DNA from: Rhodanobacter sp.
GTDB lineage: Bacteria > Pseudomonadota > Gammaproteobacteria > Xanthomonadales > Rhodanobacteraceae
Direction: 5' to 3'
Assembly: GCA_031274955.1 (NCBI GenBank)
Contig: JAISPQ010000135.1
Coordinates: 1 to 51,894 of the forward strand
DNA: 51,894 nt
Position 1 is the stretch's first letter, and the number at the start of each line of letters is the position of its first letter. A model generated the notes under the pieces. That model saw only the letters and a list, made by a program, of their open reading frames with translations. It was not told the DNA's origin and ran no database searches. The position numbers and the translations under genes are program-made. This document shows positions 9,965 through 21,400 of this stretch, piece by piece.

Positions 9965-12900
9965 TGCCGTGCGTTCAACGTCATCAGCGCGAGCAGATAC
10001 CCTGCCTTCGCCTTCAAGACTTCCAGGTCCGCCTGGCCCGGTTCGAAACAGGCATCGCGTGCCAGCACGGCGGCGTAGCCGGGTTCATCATCGCGTTCAC
10101 TGTGCGCGCGATCGTTGGTCGCGATCCAGACTTCAGCGATCTTCTCGTCATCTTTTCCGCATGCGGCGGCCCAGCTCGTTTTCGGGAAATACCAGGCTGG
10201 CTGCGCTTGCGCGACGGACCAGAACGTGAGCAGTCCAACGATGCGTCGGCGCAAATCGTCGAGCTTGCCTTGCGCGATGTCGTGCTGTTGCGTGCGCAAT
10301 GCTTCCACATAGGCCGCGTCCCAGCCGTTCAGCGCGCCCTGCCACGGATGCCCCGCATCGCGGGTTAACAAGGCCGCACGTACCGACCGCGGATCGTCCG
10401 CGGCGTGCGCGCGCAGCAGCGCCCATTCGAGGAAGACACCGATGCGCTCGCGAAAGCCCAGATCGCCTTCGCTCTTCTTGTCGGGATACGCATCGAAAAC
10501 CCATAACGCATCGCGCGTGCGCCATACGCGCTGCAATTCTCCGCGCACACGCACAGAGCCAAATACAGCGTCGATCGATATCGCCTCGACACTGGGCCGC
10601 TCCGCTGCGAACAGCGGATGTTTGCGTGCATCATCGAGCAATGCCTGTACCGCGTTCTTCTGTTCGCTCCATGCCTGCTCGCCGGCACGGCCCGGCGGCC
10701 ATAGGCCGGCACAGCGCAGCCATGCGGGCGGTGCATCCGGCAGACGAAAATCGCACGCCGGATCGGCGACGGTGTCCAGAACCAGGCGTCGCCCCACGCG
10801 CTCGATGGATTTGAATTTCGCATCGAGCGGCTCGTCGTCGCGCAAAGTATCCGCTTCCAGCGCATCCAGACGCAGACCCAGCGTATTACGCAGCACCTGT
10901 TTTGCCGGGTCTTTGTAATAGGCGAACACTTCCCGTGGCGATACGCTGCACTCCTGCGCCGGCGCGGGCGATGCGGCCGTTGCGAGGAACGGCGTTGCCT
11001 GCGCCGTCGCCGTGGTTCGCGACAGTTCGGCGAAGTCCGCGCGGAACGAAAACAGACGCGGATCGTCGCCGTGGAAATAGCGGCGGTCGAAAGGCTGTAA
11101 CGGATGCTTCACCCACCAGGGACGATCGGCGTAATCCGGATCGTGTTCGTCGCGGGATCTGCCACGCAACCCGGCATGTTCGTCGAGCAGATCGAGCAGT
11201 TCGTCCAGCGGCGTCGCCGGATTGCGCGGCTTGCCGTCGCGCACGCCTTCGCCGATGTAACTCAAGTGCAGCGCATCGCGCGCGGCCATCAGCGTTTCCA
11301 GAAACAGATAGCGATCGTCGCTGCGCACGTCACGGTCACCGAGCCGCGCATGGCGCGTCACCGGATCGAACTCAACATCGGCCGCCGCACGCGGGAACTC
11401 GCCTTCGTTCAAGCCGAGCACCGCAATCATGCGGAACGGAATCGCGCGCTGCGGCACCATGCCGCAAAACGTGATCGCGCCGACCAGAAAACGCTGGCGC
11501 ACGGAAACCGCGCCGAGCCGTTCGAGCAGCGCTTCACGCACGACATCGAAATCCAGTTCCGGGTCCACACCGGCATCGCGCAGTTCGGCATCGAGCGCGC
11601 GCACGCTGCCGCGCAAGGTGGCCAGCGCCTCGCGCGCATCGGTATCCGCAGGATCGGCGCGGAACAGGTGATCGATCATCGCTTCGAGACGGACGCTCCA
11701 GGCCGACGCGCTGCGCGGCCGCGTGACGTCGCGCTGCAAGGCGGTGAGTTCTGCGAGCAACCGATCCAGCGCGCCGAGCGCCTCGACGTCCGGCCCGTGC
11801 ACACCTTGCAGCGGCACCAGCGTGGTGCCGTCGGGCAGCGTGCGGCCGACCGGCTCGCCCTGCGTGTTCTGCCCGAATACGTAGCCGCCCAGCAGGCGAT
11901 CCATGCCCCAGGCGAACGTGGATTCGGCGACCGGCGGCACGCCGACATGTTCGCGGAATGCGGCGTCCAGTCCCCAGGCGACGTGTGCGTGATGCAGCCA
12001 GTCGCCCAGTCGCGTCACACCGGCGGCATCCAGCTCGAGCGCGAGCGCGATCTCCGGCGCTTCGAGCAGACTCATCACGTCCGAGACGGTGAACCGCGAT
12101 TGCGGCAGTGCGAGCAGGCGCGTGAATGCCTCGAAGAGGCGGTGCGAACGCGCGACCGCAACATCGGCGAGGTGATACGGCAGCGCGCCATCGTGCCGGC
12201 CGGCCGCGCCGAACACGGCAGCGATCAGCGGTATATACGTTTGGATGTCCGGCGCCATGACCAGGATATCCGCGGGCTTGAGCGTTGGGTCTTGCGTGCG
12301 TGCGTGCAGCAACGCATCGCGCAGCACTTCCAGTTCGCGCAGGCGCGTATGGCACAGGTGTACGCGCAGCGAAGCATCGCCGCGCGCGTGCGCCTGGGTA
12401 ACGGGACGGATCAGGTCCGGATCGAGCTTGCGCACGCTTTCCTGCACGCGCTGTAGCAGCGTTGCCGTCGCCGATGGCTTCTCGTCCTGCCAATGGCGAA
12501 TATCGATCCGTACCGCGTCCGCATGGTTTTGCAGGCCGAGCGCGAAATGCCGGCCAATGCGTCCCCAGTTCGCCAGCAGCGGATGACCGATATCGACATC
12601 GCCGTCCGTGTCCGCCACTGCGCCATCGCGCGGCAGATCGCGCAGGATCGCGCGGATATGGCGCAGGCCGCCCCAGTATTCGATGCACGGGTCGGGCACG
12701 TACAGCACGACCAGCCGGTGCCGTGCCACCGCGCACAGCATGGTGAGTTCGCAGGGTGCGAGGTGGCTGATGCCGAACACGTGCAGGGGGTCGTCCTCGC
12801 GATCCGGCCGCCTGCGCGCCAGCGCCGCCGCGAGCGTATCGAGGCGTTCGCCACGATGCGGCAGTCCGATGCGCGCACGCAGCGTACGCCACAGCGGCGC

Positions 12901-13404
12901 GAGGAATGTCGGTTCGGGGATGTCGTCGCGGCCGGCCGCCCACGCTTTGAGCCAATCGGGCCGATACACCAGGTAATGGATATAGATGCGCGCGAGATGG
13001 TCGGCCAGTTGGAAGCGGCGGCGCGCGGCATCCTCGCCGCGCAGATAGGCCGCGATCCGCGCGTCGCCGATAGCCTCCAGACAGGCGTGAATGCACCAGC
13101 GCAGCGCTTCGCGCCGATACGGTCGCAGCGCGACCGCGGATTGACCCAGCACACGCTGTGCGAGTGCGTCGAGCCAGGCGCTGGGCAGCGAAACCTCGAT
13201 GTTCGCGGCCACGCCGCGCGGGCCACGCCGCTGCGCGAGCGCGCGCAACAGCCATTGGCGCATACCCGGATGAGCGGCGATCACCGTATGCGGCGCCAGC
13301 GGATGCGCCGGCGCGGATTGATCCATCAAGGTGACGAGCGGATCGAGCAGCGCCTCAAGACGGCTGGCGCGATAGATCGCAATGCCACATTCGGTGGAAC
13401 CCAT
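9961..13404 (-). CDS. recC: Exodeoxyribonuclease V gamma subunit
   Basis: HPLLANWG, CHTRLRELEVLRD, CGMVPQRAIPF, DDRYLFLE, HPLQPFD; first gene of the coupled recCBD block. Confidence 0.95.
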   Translation of the reverse strand: MGSTECGIAIYRASRLEALLDPLVTLMDQSAPAHPLAPHTVIAAHPGMRQWLLRALAQRRGPRGVAANIEVSLPSAWLDALAQRVLGQSAVALRPYRREALRWCIHACLEAIGDARIAAYLRGEDAARRRFQLADHLARIYIHYLVYRPDWLKAWAAGRDDIPEPTFLAPLWRTLRARIGLPHRGERLDTLAAALARRRPDREDDPLHVFGISHLAPCELTMLCAVARHRLVVLYVPDPCIEYWGGLRHIRAILRDLPRDGAVADTDGDVDIGHPLLANWGRIGRHFALGLQNHADAVRIDIRHWQDEKPSATATLLQRVQESVRKLDPDLIRPVTQAHARGDASLRVHLCHTRLRELEVLRDALLHARTQDPTLKPADILVMAPDIQTYIPLIAAVFGAAGRHDGALPYHLADVAVARSHRLFEAFTRLLALPQSRFTVSDVMSLLEAPEIALALELDAAGVTRLGDWLHHAHVAWGLDAAFREHVGVPPVAESTFAWGMDRLLGGYVFGQNTQGEPVGRTLPDGTTLVPLQGVHGPDVEALGALDRLLAELTALQRDVTRPRSASAWSVRLEAMIDHLFRADPADTDAREALATLRGSVRALDAELRDAGVDPELDFDVVREALLERLGAVSVRQRFLVGAITFCGMVPQRAIPFRMIAVLGLNEGEFPRAAADVEFDPVTRHARLGDRDVRSDDRYLFLETLMAARDALHLSYIGEGVRDGKPRNPATPLDELLDLLDEHAGLRGRSRDEHDPDYADRPWWVKHPLQPFDRRYFHGDDPRLFSFRADFAELSRTTATAQATPFLATAASPAPAQECSVSPREVFAYYKDPAKQVLRNTLGLRLDALEADTLRDDEPLDAKFKSIERVGRRLVLDTVADPACDFRLPDAPPAWLRCAGLWPPGRAGEQAWSEQKNAVQALLDDARKHPLFAAERPSVEAISIDAVFGSVRVRGELQRVWRTRDALWVFDAYPDKKSEGDLGFRERIGVFLEWALLRAHAADDPRSVRAALLTRDAGHPWQGALNGWDAAYVEALRTQQHDIAQGKLDDLRRRIVGLLTFWSVAQAQPAWYFPKTSWAAACGKDDEKIAEVWIATNDRAHSERDDEPGYAAVLARDACFEPGQADLEVLKAKAGYLLALMTLNARQ

Positions 13405-13525
13405 GAGAACTCAGCGATAGAGCGATAGCGTGCGAAAGGCTGGAACCTGTTCGTAAGTCTGCCACGCACGCAGCGCACCGAACCAGAGGCAATGCGGCGC
13501 TGCCGGATCATTCATGGCCATCCAT

Positions 13526-13561
13526 AAAAAAACAAAGCGCCGCCGTGAATACGGCGGCGCT
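13526..13561 (-). terminator. Intrinsic terminator after the HU-like gene
   Basis: 11-bp stem AGCGCCGCCGT/ACGGCGGCGCT (13536-13561) with a 4-nt loop, followed on the minus strand by a T-rich tail. Confidence 0.85.
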
Positions 13562-13588
13562 GGAATAGACATAAACTCAGGGCGCGCT

Positions 13589-13978
13589 TTAGGGCGCGGC
13601 AGCATCCTTGAGCTTCTTCAGCGCGCGCGCTTTCACGCGCACGCTGGCCGGCTTGGCATCAAACCAACGCTCCTGGCCGGTGAACGGATCCTTGCCCTGA
13701 CGGCGCGGCTTGGCCGGTACTTTCACTGTGGTGATCTTGAACACGCCCGGCCATGTGAATGTGCCAAAGCCCCGCTTGTGTACGGAACCGAGGATCGCCG
13801 TTTCGAACGCGGACATCACGGCCTTGACAAACTTGGCTTCTACTTCGGCCTGATCGGCCAGGTAACGCACGAGCGCAGACTTCGAGAAGTTCTCGGAGAT
13901 CGGCTGGATCGTGGCGGATTTTGCGGCCGTCTTGGTGGCGGCCTTGGACTTGCGTGCAGGGGCTTTGCTGTTCGCCAT
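13589..13978 (-). CDS. HU/IHF-family DNA-binding protein with a basic Lys/Ala-rich N-terminal extension
   Basis: SKSALV...FTWPGVFKI...PAKPRRQGKDPFTGQERWFDAKPASVRVKARALKKLKDA; AGGAG RBS upstream of the ATG at 13978. Confidence 0.9.
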   Translation of the reverse strand: MANSKAPARKSKAATKTAAKSATIQPISENFSKSALVRYLADQAEVEAKFVKAVMSAFETAILGSVHKRGFGTFTWPGVFKITTVKVPAKPRRQGKDPFTGQERWFDAKPASVRVKARALKKLKDAAAP

Positions 13979-14286
13979 GCTGATTCTCTCCTGGAGATGG
14001 GTGGGGTTGTGACGATGCGTGTTCGCATCGTTAGGCTCACACTCTACCGGACAAATTCGCGCCAAGAAACTATTTCGTCGTAAAAAACCGCTTTTTTTAC
14101 TGAACACGATGCCGCACACACGCCGCCACGGCGCGGAGTTTGGTCGCCTCATGCGCTCTTCGGCCCGGCGGGTGTTGGCGAAGAAACGACTTGCGGCATG
14201 CAAGTGAGCGGCATGTCCCGGTTCCACGATTGTTTTTCAAAAGGCTCTATCATCGCGGCCGGAATCGGCAACGGGGAGCGGACACG

Positions 14287-14979
14287 ATGCACCTGGAAAA
14301 CCAGCGGATTGCGGTCACCGGCGCGTTTGGAACGCTGGGCGCCGCCGTGGTGCGCGCGGCCTGTTCCGCCGGAGCGAAAGTAGCCGCGATCGGCCATGCG
14401 GCGGCGCCGTCTTCTGCGCTGCCCAGTACCGCGATCGCGATCCTCGGCACGGATCTGGCCGATACCGCGGCCGCGCAGCAGGCGCTGGACCAGGCCGCGC
14501 AGGCGCTCGGCGGGCTGGATGCGCTGGTCAACATCGCCGGCGCGTTCCGCTGGGAGACTCTCACCGACGGCGATCCGGATACCTGGGATTTTCTCTATCG
14601 CGCCAACCTGCGCACCGCGGTCGCGGCGAGCCAGGCGGCGATCGCGCACCTGCAACGCAACGGTGGCGGACGCATCGTCAACATCGGCGCGGCCGGCGCG
14701 ACCAAGGCCGCCGCGGGCATGGGCGCCTATGCCGCGTCGAAAGCCGGTATCGCCCGACTCACCGAGGCGCTCGCCGAAGAACTCAAGGATCACCGCATCA
14801 CGGTGAACGCGGTGCTGCCGAGCATCATCGATACGCCGTCCAATCGTGCGGCCATGCCCGATGCGCCGTTCGACCGCTGGGTAACTCCCGAACAGGTGTC
14901 CGCGGTGATCCTGTTTCTGCTCTGCGCACAGGCCAGCGCGGTGACCGGCGCTTTGTTGCCGGTGACCGGCCGCCTCTGA
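14287..14979 (+). CDS. SDR-family oxidoreductase
   Basis: TGAFGTLG, LVNIAG, YAASK, VNAVLPSIIDT; GGAG RBS. Confidence 0.92.
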   Translation: MHLENQRIAVTGAFGTLGAAVVRAACSAGAKVAAIGHAAAPSSALPSTAIAILGTDLADTAAAQQALDQAAQALGGLDALVNIAGAFRWETLTDGDPDTWDFLYRANLRTAVAASQAAIAHLQRNGGGRIVNIGAAGATKAAAGMGAYAASKAGIARLTEALAEELKDHRITVNAVLPSIIDTPSNRAAMPDAPFDRWVTPEQVSAVILFLLCAQASAVTGALLPVTGRL

Positions 14980-15467
14980 TGGATGCGCACATCCTGTGGT
15001 ACGCGCTCGCAGGAATCCTCATCATCGCCGGATTGGCCGGAACGATCGTGCCGATCCTGCCGGGCGTGCCGATCCTGTTCCTGGGCATGCTGATCGCCGC
15101 GTGGGCGAATCACTTCGCACATGTGGGGGCGTTCACGCTGGGTATCCTCGGCGCGCTGAGCGTGCTCGCGCTGAGCGTGGATGTCCTTGCCGGTCTGCTC
15201 GGCGCCCAACGCGCCGGCGCCAGCCGGGCCGCAGTGATCGGCGCGGCGCTCGGCACATTGATCGGCCTCTTCTTCGGCCTGCCCGGCCTGCTGCTTGGGC
15301 CGTTCATCGGCGCGCTGCTGGGCGAACTCGCCGCCGGCGGCACGCTGCACAAGGCGGCCGGCGTGGGCATCGGCGCGTGGCTGGGTTTTCTGATCGGCAC
15401 CGTGTTCAAACTCGCGGTCTGTTTCGCGATGCTCGGTATTTTCACGCTCGCCTATGTCGTGGGTTGA
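14979..15467 (+). CDS. DUF456-like membrane protein
   Basis: GLAGTIVPILPG, GAQRAGAS and GPFIGALLGEL patterns; coupled to the SDR stop. Confidence 0.85.
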   Translation: MDAHILWYALAGILIIAGLAGTIVPILPGVPILFLGMLIAAWANHFAHVGAFTLGILGALSVLALSVDVLAGLLGAQRAGASRAAVIGAALGTLIGLFFGLPGLLLGPFIGALLGELAAGGTLHKAAGVGIGAWLGFLIGTVFKLAVCFAMLGIFTLAYVVG

Positions 15468-15875
15468 TCAGCCCGAACGCGACAGGTGTGCGATCGCGGC
15501 TTCGTTTTCGGCACGACGCGTATCGTCGAACCGCGTGATGTCCACCCGCACGACAGTGCCCGGATCCAGACAGTGCAGGTTGACATCCACGCCATCGGGA
15601 TTGGAACGCGGGATGTAGAACGACTTGATGCCGCAATACCGGCAAAAACGGTGTTTCGCCCTGCCGGTGTTGAACGTGTATTCGATCAGCGCATCGGCGC
15701 CGGACAACAGGCGGAAATGCGCCGCCGGCACGATCAGATGCAGGAAGCCGCTCATGCGACAGATCGAGCAATTGCACTCCAGTACCGCGATATGCGCAGG
15801 CGCATCGACCTCGAAACGCACGCGCCCGCAGTGGCAGCCGCCGTGATGGACGATGAAATGGGTAGCGGTAGTCAT
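15468..15875 (-). CDS. GFA (CENP-V/Mss4-like) family protein
   Basis: GGCHCGRVRF, CNCSIC, FCRYCG zinc motifs. Confidence 0.9.
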   Translation of the reverse strand: MTTATHFIVHHGGCHCGRVRFEVDAPAHIAVLECNCSICRMSGFLHLIVPAAHFRLLSGADALIEYTFNTGRAKHRFCRYCGIKSFYIPRSNPDGVDVNLHCLDPGTVVRVDITRFDDTRRAENEAAIAHLSRSG

Positions 15876-15976
15876 GGCCGAGCGTTGCGCGATAAAACAG
15901 TCGAACAGTTTAATCGGATGCCGGGAAAGGACTATCCTTTCCCGATGGTTCATTCGCGTTCCCGATGGAGCCCCCC

Positions 15977-16816
15977 ATGTCGTCCACTGCTTCGCACACA
16001 CTGGAAATGCTGATCCACCTTCGTCACATGGGCGCGCCGACGCCGGCCGTCCACATCGGCCTGACGCTGGCCCAACGCCTCGGCGCCTGGGCGAACGGCC
16101 TGTATGTCGTGCCGATCGCCACGGCGGCCTTCGCCTCGCCCGAGGCGATCGCGCTCTATGTCAACGAAGCCGACGCGCAGTACAAGGAAGCCTTGCACTA
16201 CGGCCCCACATGGCGCGCGCAACGCGACGCTCACGGCGTCGGCGGTGACTGGATGGTCGCGCAGGGCGATGTCATCGAATCGCTGTGCCATGCCTCGCGC
16301 TGGTGCGATCTACTGGTCGTGGAACAGTCGCAGTTCAATCGCGACGCACCGACCGGCTGGGGCGTGGTCTCGCGCACGGTGTTCGGCGCATCGGCGCCGG
16401 TCTTGGTCGTGCCGGAAACGGTGAAGCCGACGCAGGTCGGCGAGCGCATCGTGGTGGCCTGGAACCAGAGTCGCGAAGGCATGCTCGCCATCCGCGGCGC
16501 GCTGCCGCTGCTGATGCGTGCCGCGCACGTGCTCGTGCTCGAAGGCGATGCCGACGAGAGCCCGTTCGGCCTGCGCTATCTGCCCAAACCCGATCTGCGC
16601 GCATGGCTGGCACGCCACGGTGTGCAGGCCCAATTCGAGACTTTCGGCGCTCCCAAGAATCCGGGCGTCACGCTGCTGGACATCGCGCATGCGGCGAACG
16701 CCGACCTGATCGTGATGGGCGCGTGGGGCCATTCACGCATCACCGAACTCGTGCTCGGCGGCACCACGCGGCATCTGTTCCAGAACAGCGATCTGCCGCT
16801 GCTGGTGGCGCATTGA
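15977..16816 (+). CDS. Universal stress protein (tandem USP)
   Basis: PVLVVP, IVVAWNQSRE, DLIVMGAWGHSR...LGGTTRHL...PLLVAH. Confidence 0.9.
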   Translation: MSSTASHTLEMLIHLRHMGAPTPAVHIGLTLAQRLGAWANGLYVVPIATAAFASPEAIALYVNEADAQYKEALHYGPTWRAQRDAHGVGGDWMVAQGDVIESLCHASRWCDLLVVEQSQFNRDAPTGWGVVSRTVFGASAPVLVVPETVKPTQVGERIVVAWNQSREGMLAIRGALPLLMRAAHVLVLEGDADESPFGLRYLPKPDLRAWLARHGVQAQFETFGAPKNPGVTLLDIAHAANADLIVMGAWGHSRITELVLGGTTRHLFQNSDLPLLVAH

Positions 16817-16885
16817 TCGCATCGATCGATAACCAAGGCCACCCGCCATGCCGGCCATTTCTCATCATGGCGCGTAGAACCGCAA

Positions 16886-16914
16886 AGCCCTGCCTTGCAA
16901 CGCAAGGCAGGGCT
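16886..16914. terminator. Hairpin between the convergent usp and gap genes
   Basis: AGCCCTGCCTTGC-AAC-GCAAGGCAGGGCT, a perfect 13-bp stem; U-tails are weak. Confidence 0.65.
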
Positions 16915-16968
16915 GCTTGACGGGCCTGCGCGATCCTCCTTTCCGCAACGCGCCTCAGCAAGTCCGGA

Positions 16969-17982
16969 TCACTTCGCGTTCGCGAGCGCGAGCGCCATGT
17001 CCAGCATGCGGTTGGAGAAGCCCCACTCGTTGTCGTACCACGACAGCACCTTCACCAGCGTACCGTCCATCACGCGCGTCTGCGTCGCGTCGTAGATCGA
17101 ACTGCGCGCATCGTGGTTGAAGTCGACCGAGACCAGCGGTTGAGTATTGATGCCGAGGATGCCCTTGAGCTTGCCTTCGGCGGCTTCCTTCATCGCCGCA
17201 TCGATTTCCTCCTTGCTGGTCGCGCGTTTGGCGACGAAGCTCAGATCCACCACCGATACATTGATCGTCGGCACGCGCATGGCAAAACCATCGAGCTTGC
17301 CGTTGAGCTCCGGCAGTACCAAGCCCACCGCAGCGGCCGCGCCGGTCTTGGTCGGGATCTGCGACATCGTGGCCGAGCGCGCGCGGCGCAGATCGGCGTG
17401 ATAGACGTCGGTGAGCACCTGATCGTTGGTGTACGAGTGAATCGTCGTCATCAAACCGTGTGCGATGCCGACCTTCTCGTGCAGCACTTTCGCCAGCGGG
17501 GCGAGGCAGTTCGTGGTGCACGAGGCGTTGGAAATCACCTGATGACTGCCCTTGATCTGGTCGTGATTGACGCCGTAGACGAAGGTGCCGTCCACGTCTT
17601 TATCGCCCGGCGCGGAAATGATAACCTTCTTCGCGCCCGCCGCGATGTGCGCGCCGGCCTTGGACTTGCTGGTAAAGAGGCCGGTGGATTCCAGCACCAT
17701 GTCTACGCCCAGATCTTTCCATGGCAGCTTGGCCGGATCGCGTTCGGCACAGACCTTGATGCGATCGCCGTTGACGATGAGATCGCCGCCGTCCACGCCG
17801 ACTTCGCCTGGGAACTTGCCGTGCGCCGTGTCGTACTGGGTCAGATGCGCATTGGTTTGCGCATTGCCGAGGTCGTTGACAGCGACGATACGGATTTCGT
17901 TCGTGCGTCCGGCTTCGTAGAGTGCACGCAGCACATTGCGGCCGATGCGGCCGTAACCGTTGATCGCGACTTTCAGCGTCAT
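16969..17982 (-). CDS. gap: Type I glyceraldehyde-3-phosphate dehydrogenase
   Basis: [42 protein letters not shown]; AGGAGGAG RBS. Confidence 0.98.
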   Translation of the reverse strand: MTLKVAINGYGRIGRNVLRALYEAGRTNEIRIVAVNDLGNAQTNAHLTQYDTAHGKFPGEVGVDGGDLIVNGDRIKVCAERDPAKLPWKDLGVDMVLESTGLFTSKSKAGAHIAAGAKKVIISAPGDKDVDGTFVYGVNHDQIKGSHQVISNASCTTNCLAPLAKVLHEKVGIAHGLMTTIHSYTNDQVLTDVYHADLRRARSATMSQIPTKTGAAAAVGLVLPELNGKLDGFAMRVPTINVSVVDLSFVAKRATSKEEIDAAMKEAAEGKLKGILGINTQPLVSVDFNHDARSSIYDATQTRVMDGTLVKVLSWYDNEWGFSNRMLDMALALANAK

Positions 17983-18084
17983 GGACAAGCTCCTCCTAAG
18001 GATTGATTGGATGATGGGTCGCGCATCCTACCTGCTTCGTCGAGTGCATGCACAGCACCCTACCCAGGAACCCGCCGGTCTGTA

Positions 18085-18221
18085 CTCCCGCAAGCGGGAG
18101 AGATGACGGCCTCCTTTCCCCTGCTCTTTCACGCAAAGGCGGGACTGCCAAGGCAGGGGTGCTTTTGCGGGGGTGGAGGCGCTTCTCCCCCTGCTCCCTC
18201 AGCCCTACTCCCTGCTTCTTT
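18085..18221. repeat. REP-like palindrome plus a copy of a dispersed repeat
   Basis: CTCCCGCAAGCGGGAG at 18085-18100; the reverse complement of ~18130-18221 matches ~51005-51097. Confidence 0.7.
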
Positions 18222-18440
18222 CGGCCACAGCGGTACGTTTGTTCAAGATATGGGGATTTGAGAGGCATGAATATCCAAGAACATGAATTGACTTCAATGC
18301 CGCCAAGTGTGATGATTCGCACATATTAAATATGGAGATCTATATGCGTTAAATATGATGTTTTGTAAATGTAATTGAATGTGAAAATTTTAACAGCCAT
18401 GCCAACATGGTAATTGATTACCCTCACTCCAGGAGGCTAT

Positions 18441-21400
18441 ATGACCGAGCGGTTTGGTATCCGGTACCTGCACCTATTTCATTTCGTGGCCGGGCTATTG
18501 TTGTGCGCCGTGCATTCTTCGTCATCGGCATTCCCCGCCAACATGTGTCCGGCCGATCGTTTTGGCTCGAATCCGAGTTGTAGCGCGGCAGATGTGCCTC
18601 TGGGCACACTGGCCGTCAACAACAACGTGACGAGCTGTGAGGCAGGGGAGATCGTTACGCTGGACTTGTCGTTGAAGCTTGAGCTCAATGCGAGCACACG
18701 CTACGACTTCGGTACCTTTATCGCCCTGGATGGCAAAGATTTGAAGCTTACTTCGGCCGCGGGAGGCAGTGCGCAGTGTGCGGCCATCCCTGCGCCGCTT
18801 GGACCGCCGCCGCTGATCGATCTTAACAATAATGACTGTGGCGATGCGCAGGCTACCGGTGTAGCCACTCTACCCCTGGGTCCCATCCAGGTGCTGTGCG
18901 CGCCGGCGGATGACGGCTCTTTGAAAATAAATGGCCTGGTTTCTTGGCACACAAATTCGGGATCGCAGGGGACTTGCCACGATGCAAGCGACCTTGCGCT
19001 GCAAAACGGCGGTTCCAAATGCAGCACGGGCACATTCAAGGATATCCCGGTGAGCGTACTGGGGTCGGTGACGATCAAGAAAGTCACCGACCCCAGTGGT
19101 GCGACGCAGTCTTTTTCCTACACCGTTACGCCGCCGGGCGGTGCGCCGCCGGTGGCTTCATTCAGTCTCACCGATGAAACCTCAAAGAATTTCACCACAC
19201 AGGCGCTTAAATCCGTACCAAGCACTTATACGGTTACGGAAACGCTCGATCCGAACTGGCCAGTGACTTCGATCGAATGCGTGGATACCGCCACGAGTAA
19301 GCCAATAACACCTCTTAGCGTGGACCGCGGGGCGGGTTCGGTTTCCTTGGACATGTCCCCGACATTGAGCGAGGTCACCTGCACCTACACCAACCAGCAG
19401 AGGAATTCGTTCAACGTGACCAAGCACGTCACCGGCGAGAAGAGCGGCTATGTCGACGGCAGCACGTTCCCGATCACGGTAGCCTGTACCGATACCAACG
19501 GCTCGTTAGTTTCGTCGGTTTCCGAAAGTGTGGCTGATGGTGGAACAATCACGGTCACCGACTTGGCGCCGGGGGTAACCTGTACGGCCAGCGAGGACCC
19601 GAACAATCTACCGGCGCCGAAAAACGGGTATCGCTATGGCCCGTCCGAATTGGTTACCGTGAACACTGGAACGGCGGTTGCGGTCGAAATACACAATCCG
19701 TTGAGCGCCGATCCAGGCAGCGTGAGGGTGACCAAGCAGGTGGTCGACCTCACGAGGGCGGGTTATATCCCCAGCAGTACCTTTGATATCACGATCACAT
19801 GCACGGATGACAGTGCCACTCCTGCGACTGCGCAGACTCTGACGCAGTCCATTGCCGATGGTGGTTCTTTTACGCTGAGCGGTGTGCCGGCCGGTGCGCA
19901 TTGTTCGGTCAGCGAGCCGCCGGATACGCCCGCTGCGCGTGCTGTTGGATACAGTTTCGAGCAGATCGTGCCGGCCCCGGTCGACATGCCAGCGGGTGGC
20001 TTGCTGGATTTCACGATCGTGAACCGGTTGGTTCCCCCTCCGGGAAGTCTGACGGTCACCAAACGCGTGACCGGCGCAGTGGCAGGCTATGTGGCCGGTA
20101 GCACTTTCCCGATCAATGTGGACTGTAGCGACGGCTCAGGAACCGCAGAGCAACTGGCCGATGGCCAGAGCACGACGATCAAAGATATTGCGGCAGGCGC
20201 GCTATGCCATATCACCGAGGGTACACCACCACCGGCCGCATCAGGATATGCCTACGACAAACCGATTCTTCCAGCGGATGTGACGATAGCGCCGGGCGGC
20301 GCACAGACCGTGACGGTAGAGAATCCGCTCATCGCCAATCCTCACAGTCTGACGGTGGTCAAGAAGGTTACCGGGGCGACGGCAGGCTATGAACCCGGCA
20401 GCGTGTTCGCGATCACGGTCGCCTGCGATAACGGCGGACCGACGCAGACCGGGGCGATCGTCGATGGCGGCAGCTTCACGGTGGACAACATTCCTTCCAG
20501 CGCAACCTGCACGGTGACCGAAGACAAAGGCACGCTACCTGCGCCCAAGCCGGGCTATACCTATGGCACGCCCGTGCTACCGCCGCCGGTGGGAAATCTG
20601 TTGCCGGGAGGCCTGTCGTGGGTCGAGGTGCAAAATCCATTGACGGCCAATCCCGGTAGCCTGACGATCACCAAGCATGTCACGGGGGCGACACCAGGCT
20701 ATAACCTCGGCAGCCTGTTTGCGATCACGGTCGCCTGCGATAACGGCGGCCCGACGGTGACGCAGTCGATTGCCGATGGCGGCAGCTTCACTGTCAGCGC
20801 CATTCCGGCAGGGTCCACGTGCACGACGACCGAAAGCGCGCCGCCCGCCCCGAAGACCGGCTACACCTACGGGAATGCTGTACTGCCCGCCGCCGTAACG
20901 ATGGCGCCGGGGGGTACGCCGAGCCAGATCGTGCTCAATCCGTTGCGCGCCAACCCCGGCAGCCTGATCGTGACCGAACAGGTCATTGGCCCGGGTTATC
21001 TTCCCGGATCGACTTTCCCGATCACGGTCAGTTGCAGTGACGGCACGGTGGAGACGTGGCCTTTCGTCGATGGCGAGAGTTTCGAGGTCAGGCCCATTAG
21101 AGCGGGCGCCACCTGTTATATCACTCAAGGCGAGTTACCGCCCACCAGCGATCTGTCTTACGAATATGACATACCGATACTGCCGGCGCCGGTGACGACC
21201 ATACCCAGTGAACAAGTCAGCGTCACGGTCAAGAATCCCCTTCGACAGTCGACCGCAGAACTGACCGCAGGCGTGATCGTGACCGGACACACAGCCGGCT
21301 ACGTGCCCGGCAGTACGTTCCCGATCACCGTGAATTGCGTGGATGCTTCCAATGTTCCGGTAACGGGATTCCCGCGCCTCATCAACCTGGTCGATGGGGC

